From contig CBFCZY010000016.1 in the NCBI GenBank assembly GCA_965602905.1, positions 2,280-66,279 on the forward strand: a stretch of 64,000 nucleotides of DNA. The letters run 5' to 3'. Below, in pieces: positions 27,478-36,357 of the stretch (positions are counted from its first letter, which is position 1; every line of letters starts with the position of its first letter). The position numbers and the translations under genes were made by a program. The DNA comes from an uncultured bacterium (GTDB lineage: Bacteria; SAR324; XYD2-FULL-50-16). The notes beneath the pieces are model-generated. The model saw only the letters and a program-made list of their open reading frames with translations, did not search any database and had not been told where the DNA came from.

Positions 27478-28092
27478 AACGGCAATTGCCTTCCCTAAAA
27501 GGTGATGCTGCGATTTATCAAGGTGAATCCCATCAATTTCACTTGATGAGGTAACCGATTGCGCATCAAAAAAGTGACAGCCCAGTTCTTTGGCTACGGC
27601 TGCGTAGGCTTGGCCCAAACCTTCACATTTTAAATGCCCACCTTCAAACTTCGCTGCGATGGGGCCCTTTGGTTCTTGAATTAAAGGGGGCGCAACAATC
27701 ATAATTTCAGGCTTAGGCATGGTAGGCTCAATGGGCGCTGATTTAATGGCGGTAACGAGAGAGGCGATTCCTTGGGAAGAGCTCCAAGCGTTATTATCAT
27801 GCATCATTTGAAAGTCGTTGGTCCCCAGCATTAAAATAACCCACTTTAATGGCGAGTTGATTTCAATTCGCTGTTGTATGTTTTGCAGACCATTTCTGCC
27901 TTCTTTAAAGGGATCATCCCAGACGGTTCTTCTGCCGTTCAAACAATCCTCAATAACTCTAAAAGGTTGGCCCTGTTGGGCAAGTTGCCCCTCTAAAACC
28001 CCTGGCCAGCGATGTTCAAAGGGCAGGCGTTCCCGTGTTCCAGGGATGATCCCCCAGCTGAGTGAATCGGCATAGACTAAAATTTGACTCAT
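27439..28092 (-). CDS. SGNH/GDSL-family hydrolase (arylesterase/lipase-like)
   Basis: 217 aa. Block I is ILVYADSLSWG, block III is LMLGTNDF and block V is DGIHLD. Confidence 0.8.
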   Translation of the reverse strand: MSQILVYADSLSWGIIPGTRERLPFEHRWPGVLEGQLAQQGQPFRVIEDCLNGRRTVWDDPFKEGRNGLQNIQQRIEINSPLKWVILMLGTNDFQMMHDNNAWSSSQGIASLVTAIKSAPIEPTMPKPEIMIVAPPLIQEPKGPIAAKFEGGHLKCEGLGQAYAAVAKELGCHFFDAQSVTSSSEIDGIHLDKSQHHLLGKAIAVELREVTRAEGSH

Positions 28093-28196
28093 TTCATACC
28101 TCTTTTTTTAAGGTTACTTTAAATATTTAGCGGCCCTGTCCAGACCAGGAAAAATAATTAGTATACTGCCACTTAAAGCTTGCTACCGCTCTGAGT

Positions 28197-28787
28197 CTAT
28201 CCATGAGATCCTTCAGATTCACCAGCTTGCAACAAAAAAGTAGCCGTTTCAATTGCGGCATCAATGGGCCAATCCAAGCCCAAAGCCACGGATTCAGCGG
28301 CGGCACCATCAAACAAAATCACTAAAACATCGGCTAGGTGATTTGTGTCTAATCTCTTTTTAGGTAGGTCTGTGATTTGGGTCAGCAACCCCTTTAAAAA
28401 GTTACGGAAATTGTTTTTTTGCGCTATGACCAATCCTTGAATTTGCCTGTCCCCCGATGGAAAATCCATAGAAAGTTTTAAAAAAGCGCATCCCCGAAAG
28501 TCAGGGCTTTTAAGCCAGCTTTTCAATTGGGCAAAGAGATCCAATAGGGTTTCTCTGGGGGCCAGAGGCGACTCGTTCATCGCCTGCATCTGGGAATCCA
28601 ATTCTTTATTTGTAGCCTCAAGGTAGGCTAAGGCTAAAAGTTGTTTTGATTTAAAATGATAGTAAAAGCTGGCCTTAGCGACCTGTGACTGTGCAATGAT
28701 TTGGTTGATGCCTGTCTGGTTGTAACCCTGTTCATAAAAAAGTTTACCTGCAACTTCTAGAATTTTTTGTTTTGTTGAATTAGGCAT
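28197..28787 (-). CDS. TetR/AcrR family transcriptional regulator
   Basis: 196 aa. The N-terminal HTH KQKILEVAGKLFYEQGYNQTGINQIIAQSQVAKASFYYHFKSK is typical of TetR_N. Confidence 0.85.
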   Translation of the reverse strand: MPNSTKQKILEVAGKLFYEQGYNQTGINQIIAQSQVAKASFYYHFKSKQLLALAYLEATNKELDSQMQAMNESPLAPRETLLDLFAQLKSWLKSPDFRGCAFLKLSMDFPSGDRQIQGLVIAQKNNFRNFLKGLLTQITDLPKKRLDTNHLADVLVILFDGAAAESVALGLDWPIDAAIETATFLLQAGESEGSHG

Positions 28788-28817
28788 GATCTTCCAATTA
28801 GGGTTTTCTTTTTATGT

Positions 28818-28831
28818 ACAGACAAGTCTGT
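28818..28831. promoter_or_regulatory. Palindrome ACAGAC-AA-GTCTGT; candidate TetR operator
   Basis: Perfect 6-2-6 inverted repeat 31 nt upstream of the tetR-family ATG. A second inverted repeat, TTTGCA-N8-TGCAAA, follows at about 28835-28854. Confidence 0.4.
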
Positions 28832-29035
28832 CTATTTGCAAGGGGAAATGCAAAATTGAGTTTTAAAGATGGGCCTACTGGTTCCAAGGGGTAGTAAAAA
28901 ACCTATTAGCGCTTTTATAGACGGGAAGGCTGGCCTATTAGGCAGGGCGGCCACAGAGGCGGGCCTTGAGAAATTAAAATTATTGAGGATCTTTCTTGAG
29001 GCTTCCAACCAGAAAAATGGTTTGAAAGCCTAGGG

Positions 29036-30154
29036 CTATAAATTTTTACTAATAACAACTCGCCAGCCAAGACCCTCGTAGGTTTCATAGCCTGGGGTTT
29101 CAGCTTGGGCGACCAGTTTATTGTTCATCAGTTGATAGCCCTGGCCTTTTGGAATTTCAATATTGATTCGGTCACGTAAAAACCCCCTATGCTTTGTTGG
29201 CGCAATAATCAGCCCTGATTTTGCTAAGATCAAGCACTCAACGTCTTTGCGTTCACTTTCTTGCAGCCTGACCGAAGCCAAGGCTTCATCGGCAAGGCTT
29301 TCCCAGTTCATAAATACAGCAATCACGCCGATGACTTTACCATTTTCCTCACCATTTTCACGAATGGCAGTGGTATAGGGAATGGCTACCTTGGAATCCA
29401 GTTTAGAGTTGATATGGACATCACCGACAAAATAATCAGAACCGTCGGTGGTGTTCCTAGCTTGGATGAACCAATTTTCTGCCGCAACCGAGTGGTTAGT
29501 TAGGTTGAAACTTTCTGGTCTGCCGTTGGCGATGACCTGTCCATTTGTATCCATCAGCCAAATATCGTGATAAACGGTGTATGAATCTAAGATCACGCCG
29601 AGGCGTTTTGCAGCCCAGTCTTTATCATTTAGAGCATCAACAATAGCTGTATCTGTTGCCCACCAGCGAACATCACAGGTCCGCTCATAAAGGTTGCGGT
29701 CTACAATATCGATTAAATTTAGTGCCAGATCTGCAAACCTGCTTCCATTAATTTCATTGTCAATATTTCGGCTTTCTTTAGCCCGAGAAATGAGGCTTGC
29801 TATTACGTTTTTGGTGAAGGCATTGGATGCATTGTGGATGGTAAGGGCCAATTTCTTCATCTCTTCTGCTACGACCCCAAAACCCTTGCCTGCTTTGCCC
29901 GAGTTGGCAGCCTCGATCAAGGCATTTAGGGCCAGCATATTGATTTGAGTCGATATGTTCTCAAGGTCTTTATTGAATTGTTCGGCCTTGATGGCAGTGG
30001 ATTCAATGCCTTGGATTAAATGTTCTGAGGCACTAGCGTCAGATTGGGTCTCAGTCACTTGGGTTTGATCTTCCATGATTGGGGCAGGGGGATAGATTAG
30101 TACAATGCATAAATCCACTTTGGAAAGGGCTATGGACCTAGTTGCAAAATTCAT
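29036..30154 (-). CDS. Soluble protein with a minimal MCP signalling-tip segment followed by a C-terminal Cache/PAS-like sensory domain
   Basis: 372 aa with no TM segment. [33 protein letters not shown] matches the conserved MCP hairpin tip (LLALNAAIEAARAGExGRGFAVVAxEVRxLA), but only ~140 aa precede the sensory domain ([42 protein letters not shown]). Start is uncertain (30154 or 30076). Confidence 0.65.
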   Translation of the reverse strand: MNFATRSIALSKVDLCIVLIYPPAPIMEDQTQVTETQSDASASEHLIQGIESTAIKAEQFNKDLENISTQINMLALNALIEAANSGKAGKGFGVVAEEMKKLALTIHNASNAFTKNVIASLISRAKESRNIDNEINGSRFADLALNLIDIVDRNLYERTCDVRWWATDTAIVDALNDKDWAAKRLGVILDSYTVYHDIWLMDTNGQVIANGRPESFNLTNHSVAAENWFIQARNTTDGSDYFVGDVHINSKLDSKVAIPYTTAIRENGEENGKVIGVIAVFMNWESLADEALASVRLQESERKDVECLILAKSGLIIAPTKHRGFLRDRINIEIPKGQGYQLMNNKLVAQAETPGYETYEGLGWRVVISKNL

Positions 30155-30381
30155 GGGTAAAGGGGGCGGCTTTTTAGGCTATTGATATTATATGCTTTTA
30201 ATTAATGAGGGGCCTGTTGCTTTTGTAGCAGATGTGATTTTTTTGTAGGATTGATAACCTTTTTATTGCAAATGATACAAAAAATCATTCAACCTTTTAA
30301 AAGTGATTCAAGCGGGGCATAATTACCCTTTTGAGGGGCGCCCTTTTTGAAAATACTCCACTGAAATCCAGTTAAAGACTA

Positions 30382-30472
30382 TACCCGATCATTGCCGTGA
30401 CAGCAAATGCCTTTTCTCGGAAACCGAGAAGCTTGCCTAGCTGTTGGAATGGATGACTACCTCACAAAGCCT
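30382..30472 (+). pseudogene. Relic of the C-terminal end of a receiver (REC) domain, frameshifted
   Basis: Translation gives [12 protein letters not shown], then after a +1 shift GNREACLAVGMDDYLTKP. Compare [30 protein letters not shown] in the kinase at 9253-11856. No intact ORF is present. Confidence 0.6.
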
Positions 30473-30516
30473 TCATCCAGTTCTGGGTTTTTTAATATTT
30501 TTTTACCTGAGTATAG

Positions 30517-31953
30517 TTATATTTTGTTTGGCTGCAAACAGTCTGCTTGACCCGTTACATCTGGGCAGAAGCTAGCTCTGTTTTGATCATAAAGATAGGG
30601 CCTTTTGGGGTCTCCTGTTTCTCGAAAGCAGGTCTTAAAGGGCGAACTATGCCAATTAAATTCGTGCGCTTTTGGCGGAATTCTTTCTAGTCGGCAGATG
30701 ACAGAGCGATGAAGTTTAAGCTTTCCTTTGTTGTACTTTGTATCTGAATAAGCCCAAAGATTTCTTTTTAGATTTTTATAAATAATGCCCACAGCTTGTT
30801 TTTTCGGATCATTAGAAGGAGCATAGGGATTTGCTTTTATACAATTTTCTTTTGGGAATATCTCATGGGAGTTTTCTGCCACTTGATCAAGCATCCATAG
30901 TAAAGAATTATTACCGATACCATTTTCAGAAATATGTGGTTTATATCCCATTATTTTATTGTAATTGTACTTAAAAAATCCTTGATCTGTGCTTTCAATG
31001 GTCCCACCGACATCAGCATGTGCCCCTGAAAACCAAACTTCATTAACATGCTCATCAATTGAAAACAAAACCTCATTACCATGCTCATCAATTTTTTGAG
31101 TGGGGCAATCGTCGGTTAAATGTTGCCTTGTCAAGAGGATGGGAGTGAAGATTTGGGCTCGGTTATCATCAAGAGAAACTGCATGGGCAGCTTTTTCCAC
31201 GTTGCAAAGTTGGTCATTGTACCTGCTATTTGGGTTTTCAATATTTTCATCATAATCAGGAATGCCAAGAGCTTCAACTGTATCCCAAAGCCCTAAAAAA
31301 CTAACTGTTACAGGTGCTAAATAATGATTTTTATCGGGGTTTTTGGGGTCATAGGGCTTTGTGTTAAATTCCTTGGCCACTGAAAGCCTTCGTTCTTCTA
31401 AGGTAGCCTCTTTTTGCTTAAAAGCCTTGTAGACTTTAGAGGCCAGATAGTCGGAGTTTGCCTCTGTTTTATTAATTTCCTCTTGGTAAGTTGGGATGCC
31501 TGCCGTATGCAACAAAGAGGCAAGAATTCTAGCTTGGTATGCCCCTCTGCTGAAACCAAAAATATAAACTTTATTGCCTTTGTTTTTACTAAAATTTTGT
31601 ATCAAAAAAGAATAGGCTTTTCGTACCCTATAGGCTGTACCCCAACCTAGAGCATTACCTAAAATTTTTCCCCTTGCCCCGACTCCTTCAATGTAAAAAG
31701 AGCTGGTATTGGCACCTTGGTTTTTTTTGGCGAGCTTATAAAGTTTATAGATATTGGTGTTGTGGGCTGGGTAGTTAGATGTGCCATCAAAAAAAATGAT
31801 AAAATTTCTAGGATTGCTTTTGTTAACAAGTGTTTCTGAAAGCTCAGGTGAAGGGGGGCAGAGTGAGTCTACCCCAACAAAAAACAAATAAACCACGAAT
31901 AGGAGTGGAGCATATTTTAGCACTTTAAATTTTAGTAATTTTTGAACATTCAT
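30517..31953 (-). CDS. Secreted DUF2235 alpha/beta hydrolase (T6SS Tle1-type phospholipase family fold)
   Basis: 478 aa with an N-terminal signal/anchor (LLFVVYLFFVGVDSLC). DUF2235 hallmarks are FIIFFDGTSN, IEGVGA, GFSRGAYQAR (GxSxG) and FLGLWDTV. The gene and its flanks look AT-richer than neighbouring genes by eye. Confidence 0.75.
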   Translation of the reverse strand: MNVQKLLKFKVLKYAPLLFVVYLFFVGVDSLCPPSPELSETLVNKSNPRNFIIFFDGTSNYPAHNTNIYKLYKLAKKNQGANTSSFYIEGVGARGKILGNALGWGTAYRVRKAYSFLIQNFSKNKGNKVYIFGFSRGAYQARILASLLHTAGIPTYQEEINKTEANSDYLASKVYKAFKQKEATLEERRLSVAKEFNTKPYDPKNPDKNHYLAPVTVSFLGLWDTVEALGIPDYDENIENPNSRYNDQLCNVEKAAHAVSLDDNRAQIFTPILLTRQHLTDDCPTQKIDEHGNEVLFSIDEHVNEVWFSGAHADVGGTIESTDQGFFKYNYNKIMGYKPHISENGIGNNSLLWMLDQVAENSHEIFPKENCIKANPYAPSNDPKKQAVGIIYKNLKRNLWAYSDTKYNKGKLKLHRSVICRLERIPPKAHEFNWHSSPFKTCFRETGDPKRPYLYDQNRASFCPDVTGQADCLQPNKI

Positions 31954-32288
31954 AGTAACATTCTTTTTAGACTCGAAATATGGGTGTAGGCAAAATTTGC
32001 GTTGTAAATCACATGGCCCTTGTAATAAAATATCTGTTGATATTTATAGCAGTATTTTTACATATTAAACAATGATTTTAAGCGGGAGTAATAATATAAA
32101 TTGATTTGCTGTATCTCTCAAGCCTAATACCCTGAAAAGCTCCCCCTTGAACCGACCACCCCAAAAGAGCCTGAGTTAAGGTTGCTAACGGCTCAGAGGA
32201 AAATGATCTTGAGTCTATAGAGGAAAAGGCTTTACAGTTCCTTGAGGTTACTTTAAAAAGAGTAGTTTGTTACAAGCACCGCAATCCA

Positions 32289-34361
32289 TTGTCCCCTTTG
32301 AAAAGTTCCCCAATATTAATTCTCCTAATCTTAGTTGTATTTGGGTTTTCTAGCTGTTCCAGCAATCACTTCAACCCTCGGGCAGCCGATGATTTTACAA
32401 AATTAGAAAGATCAGGGGAGTTGCGTATCCTGCTTTGGGCCGAGCCAAATGCACAAAATTCCACCGACCCCCTTTGGCGAGAGCGCCAAAAGGCCCGAGA
32501 CCTAGCGCTTTACTTAGGGCTAAAGCCAGTTTTTATCCACGGTAACAACTACCAAGATATGTTAAAAAAACTTGGACGGGGCCAAGTGGATTTGGTTGCA
32601 GGCAGAGACCTGAGTGGTCAAAAAAACAAGGCCTATAAATCAGTTCCCTATCTGATGCTCGACGAAGTGTTAGTGGTGAAAAAGGCTAGAAGAAACAGAC
32701 CCTACAAAAGCCTGAAGTCCTTTGGGAATCGGGTTCTCTGTTACCGTGCCAATAGCCCCCAGGCGCAATTGGCGAGCAGGTTACAATTAAAATGGCCTAA
32801 GCTGAAAACAAAAAAAATCCTCCATAGTTACTCCACCAACCAAATACTAAAAGAAGTGGAATTGGGTAGCTGTGGCGGTGCACTGGTTGACTCGCTCTTT
32901 TGGCGCAAGCAAAAAAAATCTCACAGAAAATTATTTTCCCCCTACAGGGCCGCAAAAAACCAACCTTTAGCCTTTGCCTTGCGCCCCAATTCGAAGATCT
33001 TACACTTACAGGTGAACAACTTTCTTTTTTCACAAGCCTTGGCTCGTAGAGGGAAACGCCACTCAAAAGTGGACCTCGCAGGCATCAAAAGACAGAAAAA
33101 CTTAAGGATGATCACCAGAAATAACAACATGACCTTTTTTATCCACCGAGGTGGTCAGTTGGGTTTTGAATATGAATTGATCCAGAGATTTGCCAAATCG
33201 CAGGGGTTGAAGCTGGAAGTGGTCAACCCTTCTTACCACAGTGATTTGATTCCTTGGCTGAAAGAAGGCAAAGGGGACTTGATTGCAGCGGCTATGACCA
33301 TTACCCCTAAAAGGGCCAAAGAAGTCCGCTTTACAAGGCCCTATTTAAAAGTGCAGCAGTGGATAATAGCGAAAAAAACCAAGGGGCAAAAGACAGGCAT
33401 TGAGGCTCTTACAGGGGCAACCATTTCTATCCGTAAATCCAGTGCCTTTTTAGCCCCCTTGAAAAAGCTGCAAGGGAAAGTGAAGGGTCTTAAAATCGAG
33501 TTTTTGCCTGAAGACATGGAAACAGAGGATATTTTAGAAAAGGTAGAAGCCCAAGAAATTGCCTTTGCTGTTGCCGATTCGAATCTAGCCAAAGCCCAGA
33601 TCCGTATGGGCCGAAAGCTGACCAAAGCTTACTCCCTTGGCTCTTCTGAACTTGCTTGGGCCGTAAGAAAAAATAACCCACAGCTTTTAAAAGCACTGAA
33701 TCGATTTATTGCCAAGGAAAGCCGCTCAGGTTATTTTAAAATCCTCCGTGAAAAGTATTTTTACAATCGTAAGGTATTGGCGAAAAGTGAAGATGCCTTC
33801 CGCTCCGATCTTTTTGGTCAAATTTCCCCCTATGATGCACAAGTGAAACAGTTTGCCGACCCCTACAATCTTGATTGGAGGCTGATTGTTTCTCAGATGT
33901 ACCAAGAATCAAGATTTGACCCTAAAAAACGCAGTTCTGCTGGGGCACAGGGCTTGATGCAAGTCATGCCTAGAACAGCAAAAGAAATGGGGTTGAAAAA
34001 AGGACAAAGTCTACACCAACCAGAGGCAGGGCTTAGGGTTGGAGTGAAGTATATGGCCAGGCTCTTTCGGCATTTTGATGATGTAGAACAATTGAGAGAT
34101 CGCATTTACTTTACCTTAGCCTCCTACAACGCAGGTCAGGGTCATGTTAAGGACGCTAGAATATTGGCTAGAAAACTGGGGTATTCTGGGGAGATTTGGT
34201 TTGGTCAGGTGGAAAAATCCATTCGTCTTTTGGCTCAACCGAAATACTATAAAAAAGCTCGATATGGTTATTGTCGGGGCGCTGAGCCTGCTAACTATGT
34301 TACAGACATTCAAAGCCGTTACTCTGTATATGTAGAACACATCCCCTCAATTCATTTTTAG
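32289..34361 (+). CDS. MltF-like lytic murein transglycosylase lipoprotein with two tandem SBP_bac_3-like domains and a C-terminal SLT domain
   Basis: 690 aa with a TTG start and lipobox VFGFSSC. There are two periplasmic-binding-protein-like modules (aa ~40-270 and ~275-500). The SLT catalytic motif is QESRFDPKKRSSAGAQGLMQVMP..SYNAG. Confidence 0.8.
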   Translation: MSPLKSSPILILLILVVFGFSSCSSNHFNPRAADDFTKLERSGELRILLWAEPNAQNSTDPLWRERQKARDLALYLGLKPVFIHGNNYQDMLKKLGRGQVDLVAGRDLSGQKNKAYKSVPYLMLDEVLVVKKARRNRPYKSLKSFGNRVLCYRANSPQAQLASRLQLKWPKLKTKKILHSYSTNQILKEVELGSCGGALVDSLFWRKQKKSHRKLFSPYRAAKNQPLAFALRPNSKILHLQVNNFLFSQALARRGKRHSKVDLAGIKRQKNLRMITRNNNMTFFIHRGGQLGFEYELIQRFAKSQGLKLEVVNPSYHSDLIPWLKEGKGDLIAAAMTITPKRAKEVRFTRPYLKVQQWIIAKKTKGQKTGIEALTGATISIRKSSAFLAPLKKLQGKVKGLKIEFLPEDMETEDILEKVEAQEIAFAVADSNLAKAQIRMGRKLTKAYSLGSSELAWAVRKNNPQLLKALNRFIAKESRSGYFKILREKYFYNRKVLAKSEDAFRSDLFGQISPYDAQVKQFADPYNLDWRLIVSQMYQESRFDPKKRSSAGAQGLMQVMPRTAKEMGLKKGQSLHQPEAGLRVGVKYMARLFRHFDDVEQLRDRIYFTLASYNAGQGHVKDARILARKLGYSGEIWFGQVEKSIRLLAQPKYYKKARYGYCRGAEPANYVTDIQSRYSVYVEHIPSIHF

Positions 34362-34364
34362 TTT

Positions 34365-36164
34365 ATGCGATTTTTAATTTTTCTTCTTCTTTTTCCCAGC
34401 CTCCTTATGGCCGCCGTAGAGCCTAAAATCTTGGGGCCGGGGAAATACCTTTACCCCAACGGTGACCTTTACCTAGGTGAATTAGACAAGGGGAAGCGAG
34501 AAAATTACGGTATCATTAAATTTAAAAATGGCAACAAATACGAAGGCAGTTTTCGCCACGATAAAATCGCTGGAGAAGGTGTGATGACCTATGCCAATGG
34601 CGATTCCTACCAAGGGCAATTTAAAGATGGAAAAAAGCATGGCAAGGGCCTTTATAAACATACTGGCGGTGGGCTATACAAGGGTGCATTTAAAAAGGGA
34701 TTCCGCCATGGGCAGGGGCTTTTTACTTCCCCCAGCGGGGATAGTTACGAGGGGATTTTTATCCAAGGCAAAAAAAAGAATTTTGGCCTCTATCGTTTTA
34801 AGAATGGAGACCGATACGAGGGAACTCTAGTTAAGGGAAAAAAGTTTGGTAAGGGCACCCTTGACTACGCAGGTGGAGAACACTTTGAGGGCATTTTTAA
34901 CTTTGATCTGAAAGAGGGCAAGGGCCTAACTCGATTTGCCCAAGGTGGCGGATACCAAGGGGATTACAAAGACGACCAAATGCATGGGCAGGGAATCTTA
35001 AAAGAGGCCAATGGGCAGGTTTACCGAGGGCAATTTCACAGAAATAACAAACAGGGCCAAGGTCGCTTGGACTTTCCCAATGGGGACTTTTATATTGGTG
35101 GCTTTTTTCGTGGTCAGTATCATGGCCAAGGAAAGCTAAACCTTCACAGTGGTTCTTACCAACAGGGAAAATATAAAAAGGGAGTTTTACATGGGCAGGG
35201 CCACTATAAAATGGCCAGCGGTGAGGAGTACCGAGGTGGATTTCTCTTTGGCGAAAAATCAGGAAAGGGGAGTTTATCTTTAGCCAATGGCGACAGCTAC
35301 AAGGGAAGGTTTTTTAAGGACCTTTTTCATGGCAAAGGTGTTTATGTCTATACCAAGGGGGATAAGTATATTGGCTCCTACCTTAAGGGTGTAAAAACAG
35401 GCTGGGGGAAATATCTATTTGCTGGTGGAGACAGATACCAAGGTCAATTTAGTAAAAATCATTTTAGCGGCAGAGGGGTTTTAAATTATCATGCTGGTCA
35501 TGTCTACAAGGGGCAATTTAAAGAAAGCTTGGCCGAGGGTAAGGGTAGCTTTCGCTATGTTTCTGGTGACCATTACCAAGGTCAGTTTAGTCGGGGCCTC
35601 TCTCATGGGAAGGGTGTACTAAAATATAAACATGGAGACCGCTACAAAGGTGATTTTCATAGGGGGTTTTTTGGCGGCAAGGGGAAGTACTTTTTTATAA
35701 ATGGAAATAGCTACCAAGGTGAATTTTCACGGGGCCGCATGGAGGGCCAAGGGCTATTTAAATTTAAGAAGGGAGACAGCTACCAAGGGACCTTTAAAGA
35801 TGACCAATTTGCAGGAAGTGGGAAATATAAAATGGCCCGAGGCGCAGAATACCAAGGTGACTTTTCAAAAAACAACTTTCATGGGAAAGGCCTTTGGGAG
35901 AGTCGCAGGTCAGATAAATATAAAGGAAATTTCACCCAAGGCCTTCCCCAAGGAAAGGGACAGCTGAGCTACGCCAATGGCGACCAGTATGAAGGCGACT
36001 TTGATATGGGCAAGCGTGAGGGCACAGGTTACTACACTTGGAAAAAAGGTGGCAGGTATCATGGTACTTTTAAGGCCGATAAAAGGGATGGCAGGGGAAG
36101 ATACATCCTTAAAAAAAGGCTCGAAAAGGGTGAATGGCACAACGATATTTTAATTGGAGAATAG
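34365..36164 (+). CDS. Secreted MORN-repeat protein (24 contiguous repeats)
   Basis: 599 aa. Signal peptide MRFLIFLLLFPSLLMA, then 24 back-to-back 23-residue units of the form Yx(F/Y)xNGDxYxGxFxxGxxxGxGx with no spacers. It starts 3 nt after the MltF-like stop. Confidence 0.85.
   Translation: MRFLIFLLLFPSLLMAAVEPKILGPGKYLYPNGDLYLGELDKGKRENYGIIKFKNGNKYEGSFRHDKIAGEGVMTYANGDSYQGQFKDGKKHGKGLYKHTGGGLYKGAFKKGFRHGQGLFTSPSGDSYEGIFIQGKKKNFGLYRFKNGDRYEGTLVKGKKFGKGTLDYAGGEHFEGIFNFDLKEGKGLTRFAQGGGYQGDYKDDQMHGQGILKEANGQVYRGQFHRNNKQGQGRLDFPNGDFYIGGFFRGQYHGQGKLNLHSGSYQQGKYKKGVLHGQGHYKMASGEEYRGGFLFGEKSGKGSLSLANGDSYKGRFFKDLFHGKGVYVYTKGDKYIGSYLKGVKTGWGKYLFAGGDRYQGQFSKNHFSGRGVLNYHAGHVYKGQFKESLAEGKGSFRYVSGDHYQGQFSRGLSHGKGVLKYKHGDRYKGDFHRGFFGGKGKYFFINGNSYQGEFSRGRMEGQGLFKFKKGDSYQGTFKDDQFAGSGKYKMARGAEYQGDFSKNNFHGKGLWESRRSDKYKGNFTQGLPQGKGQLSYANGDQYEGDFDMGKREGTGYYTWKKGGRYHGTFKADKRDGRGRYILKKRLEKGEWHNDILIGE
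34443..36135 (+). repeat. 69-nt-period coding repeat array (MORN units)
   Basis: The 23-aa periodicity of the encoded protein was counted by eye (24 full units plus a partial 25th). The nucleotide copies are diverged. Confidence 0.7.
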
Positions 36165-36350
36165 ATGTTAAAAATTTGTTTAATTTTTTCTTTGCTAGCT
36201 TTGAGTAGCTGCGCCGTCATCCAGCCCATGGCCAACAACAACCACGCAATCCCAGAGCCAAACCCTGTCTTTTTGCAGGCCCCACTCCCCAACATTACCC
36301 CTCTCCAACCCCTATCTATTTCCCCCTCCAAAAAACCTAGGAAGAAGTAA
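36165..36350 (+). CDS. Small Pro-rich lipoprotein, function unknown
   Basis: 61 aa with lipobox LLALSSC. Its ATG directly abuts the stop of the MORN gene (TAGATG), suggesting coupling. No homology was recognised. Confidence 0.45.
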   Translation: MLKICLIFSLLALSSCAVIQPMANNNHAIPEPNPVFLQAPLPNITPLQPLSISPSKKPRKK

Positions 36351-36357
36351 CCTTCGA

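Noticed and set aside
34591-35967. Alternative-frame plus-strand ORFs (79 aa and 88 aa) inside the MORN gene
   Set aside because: They are a by-product of the repetitive coding sequence. The main frame has perfect 23-aa MORN periodicity and a signal peptide.
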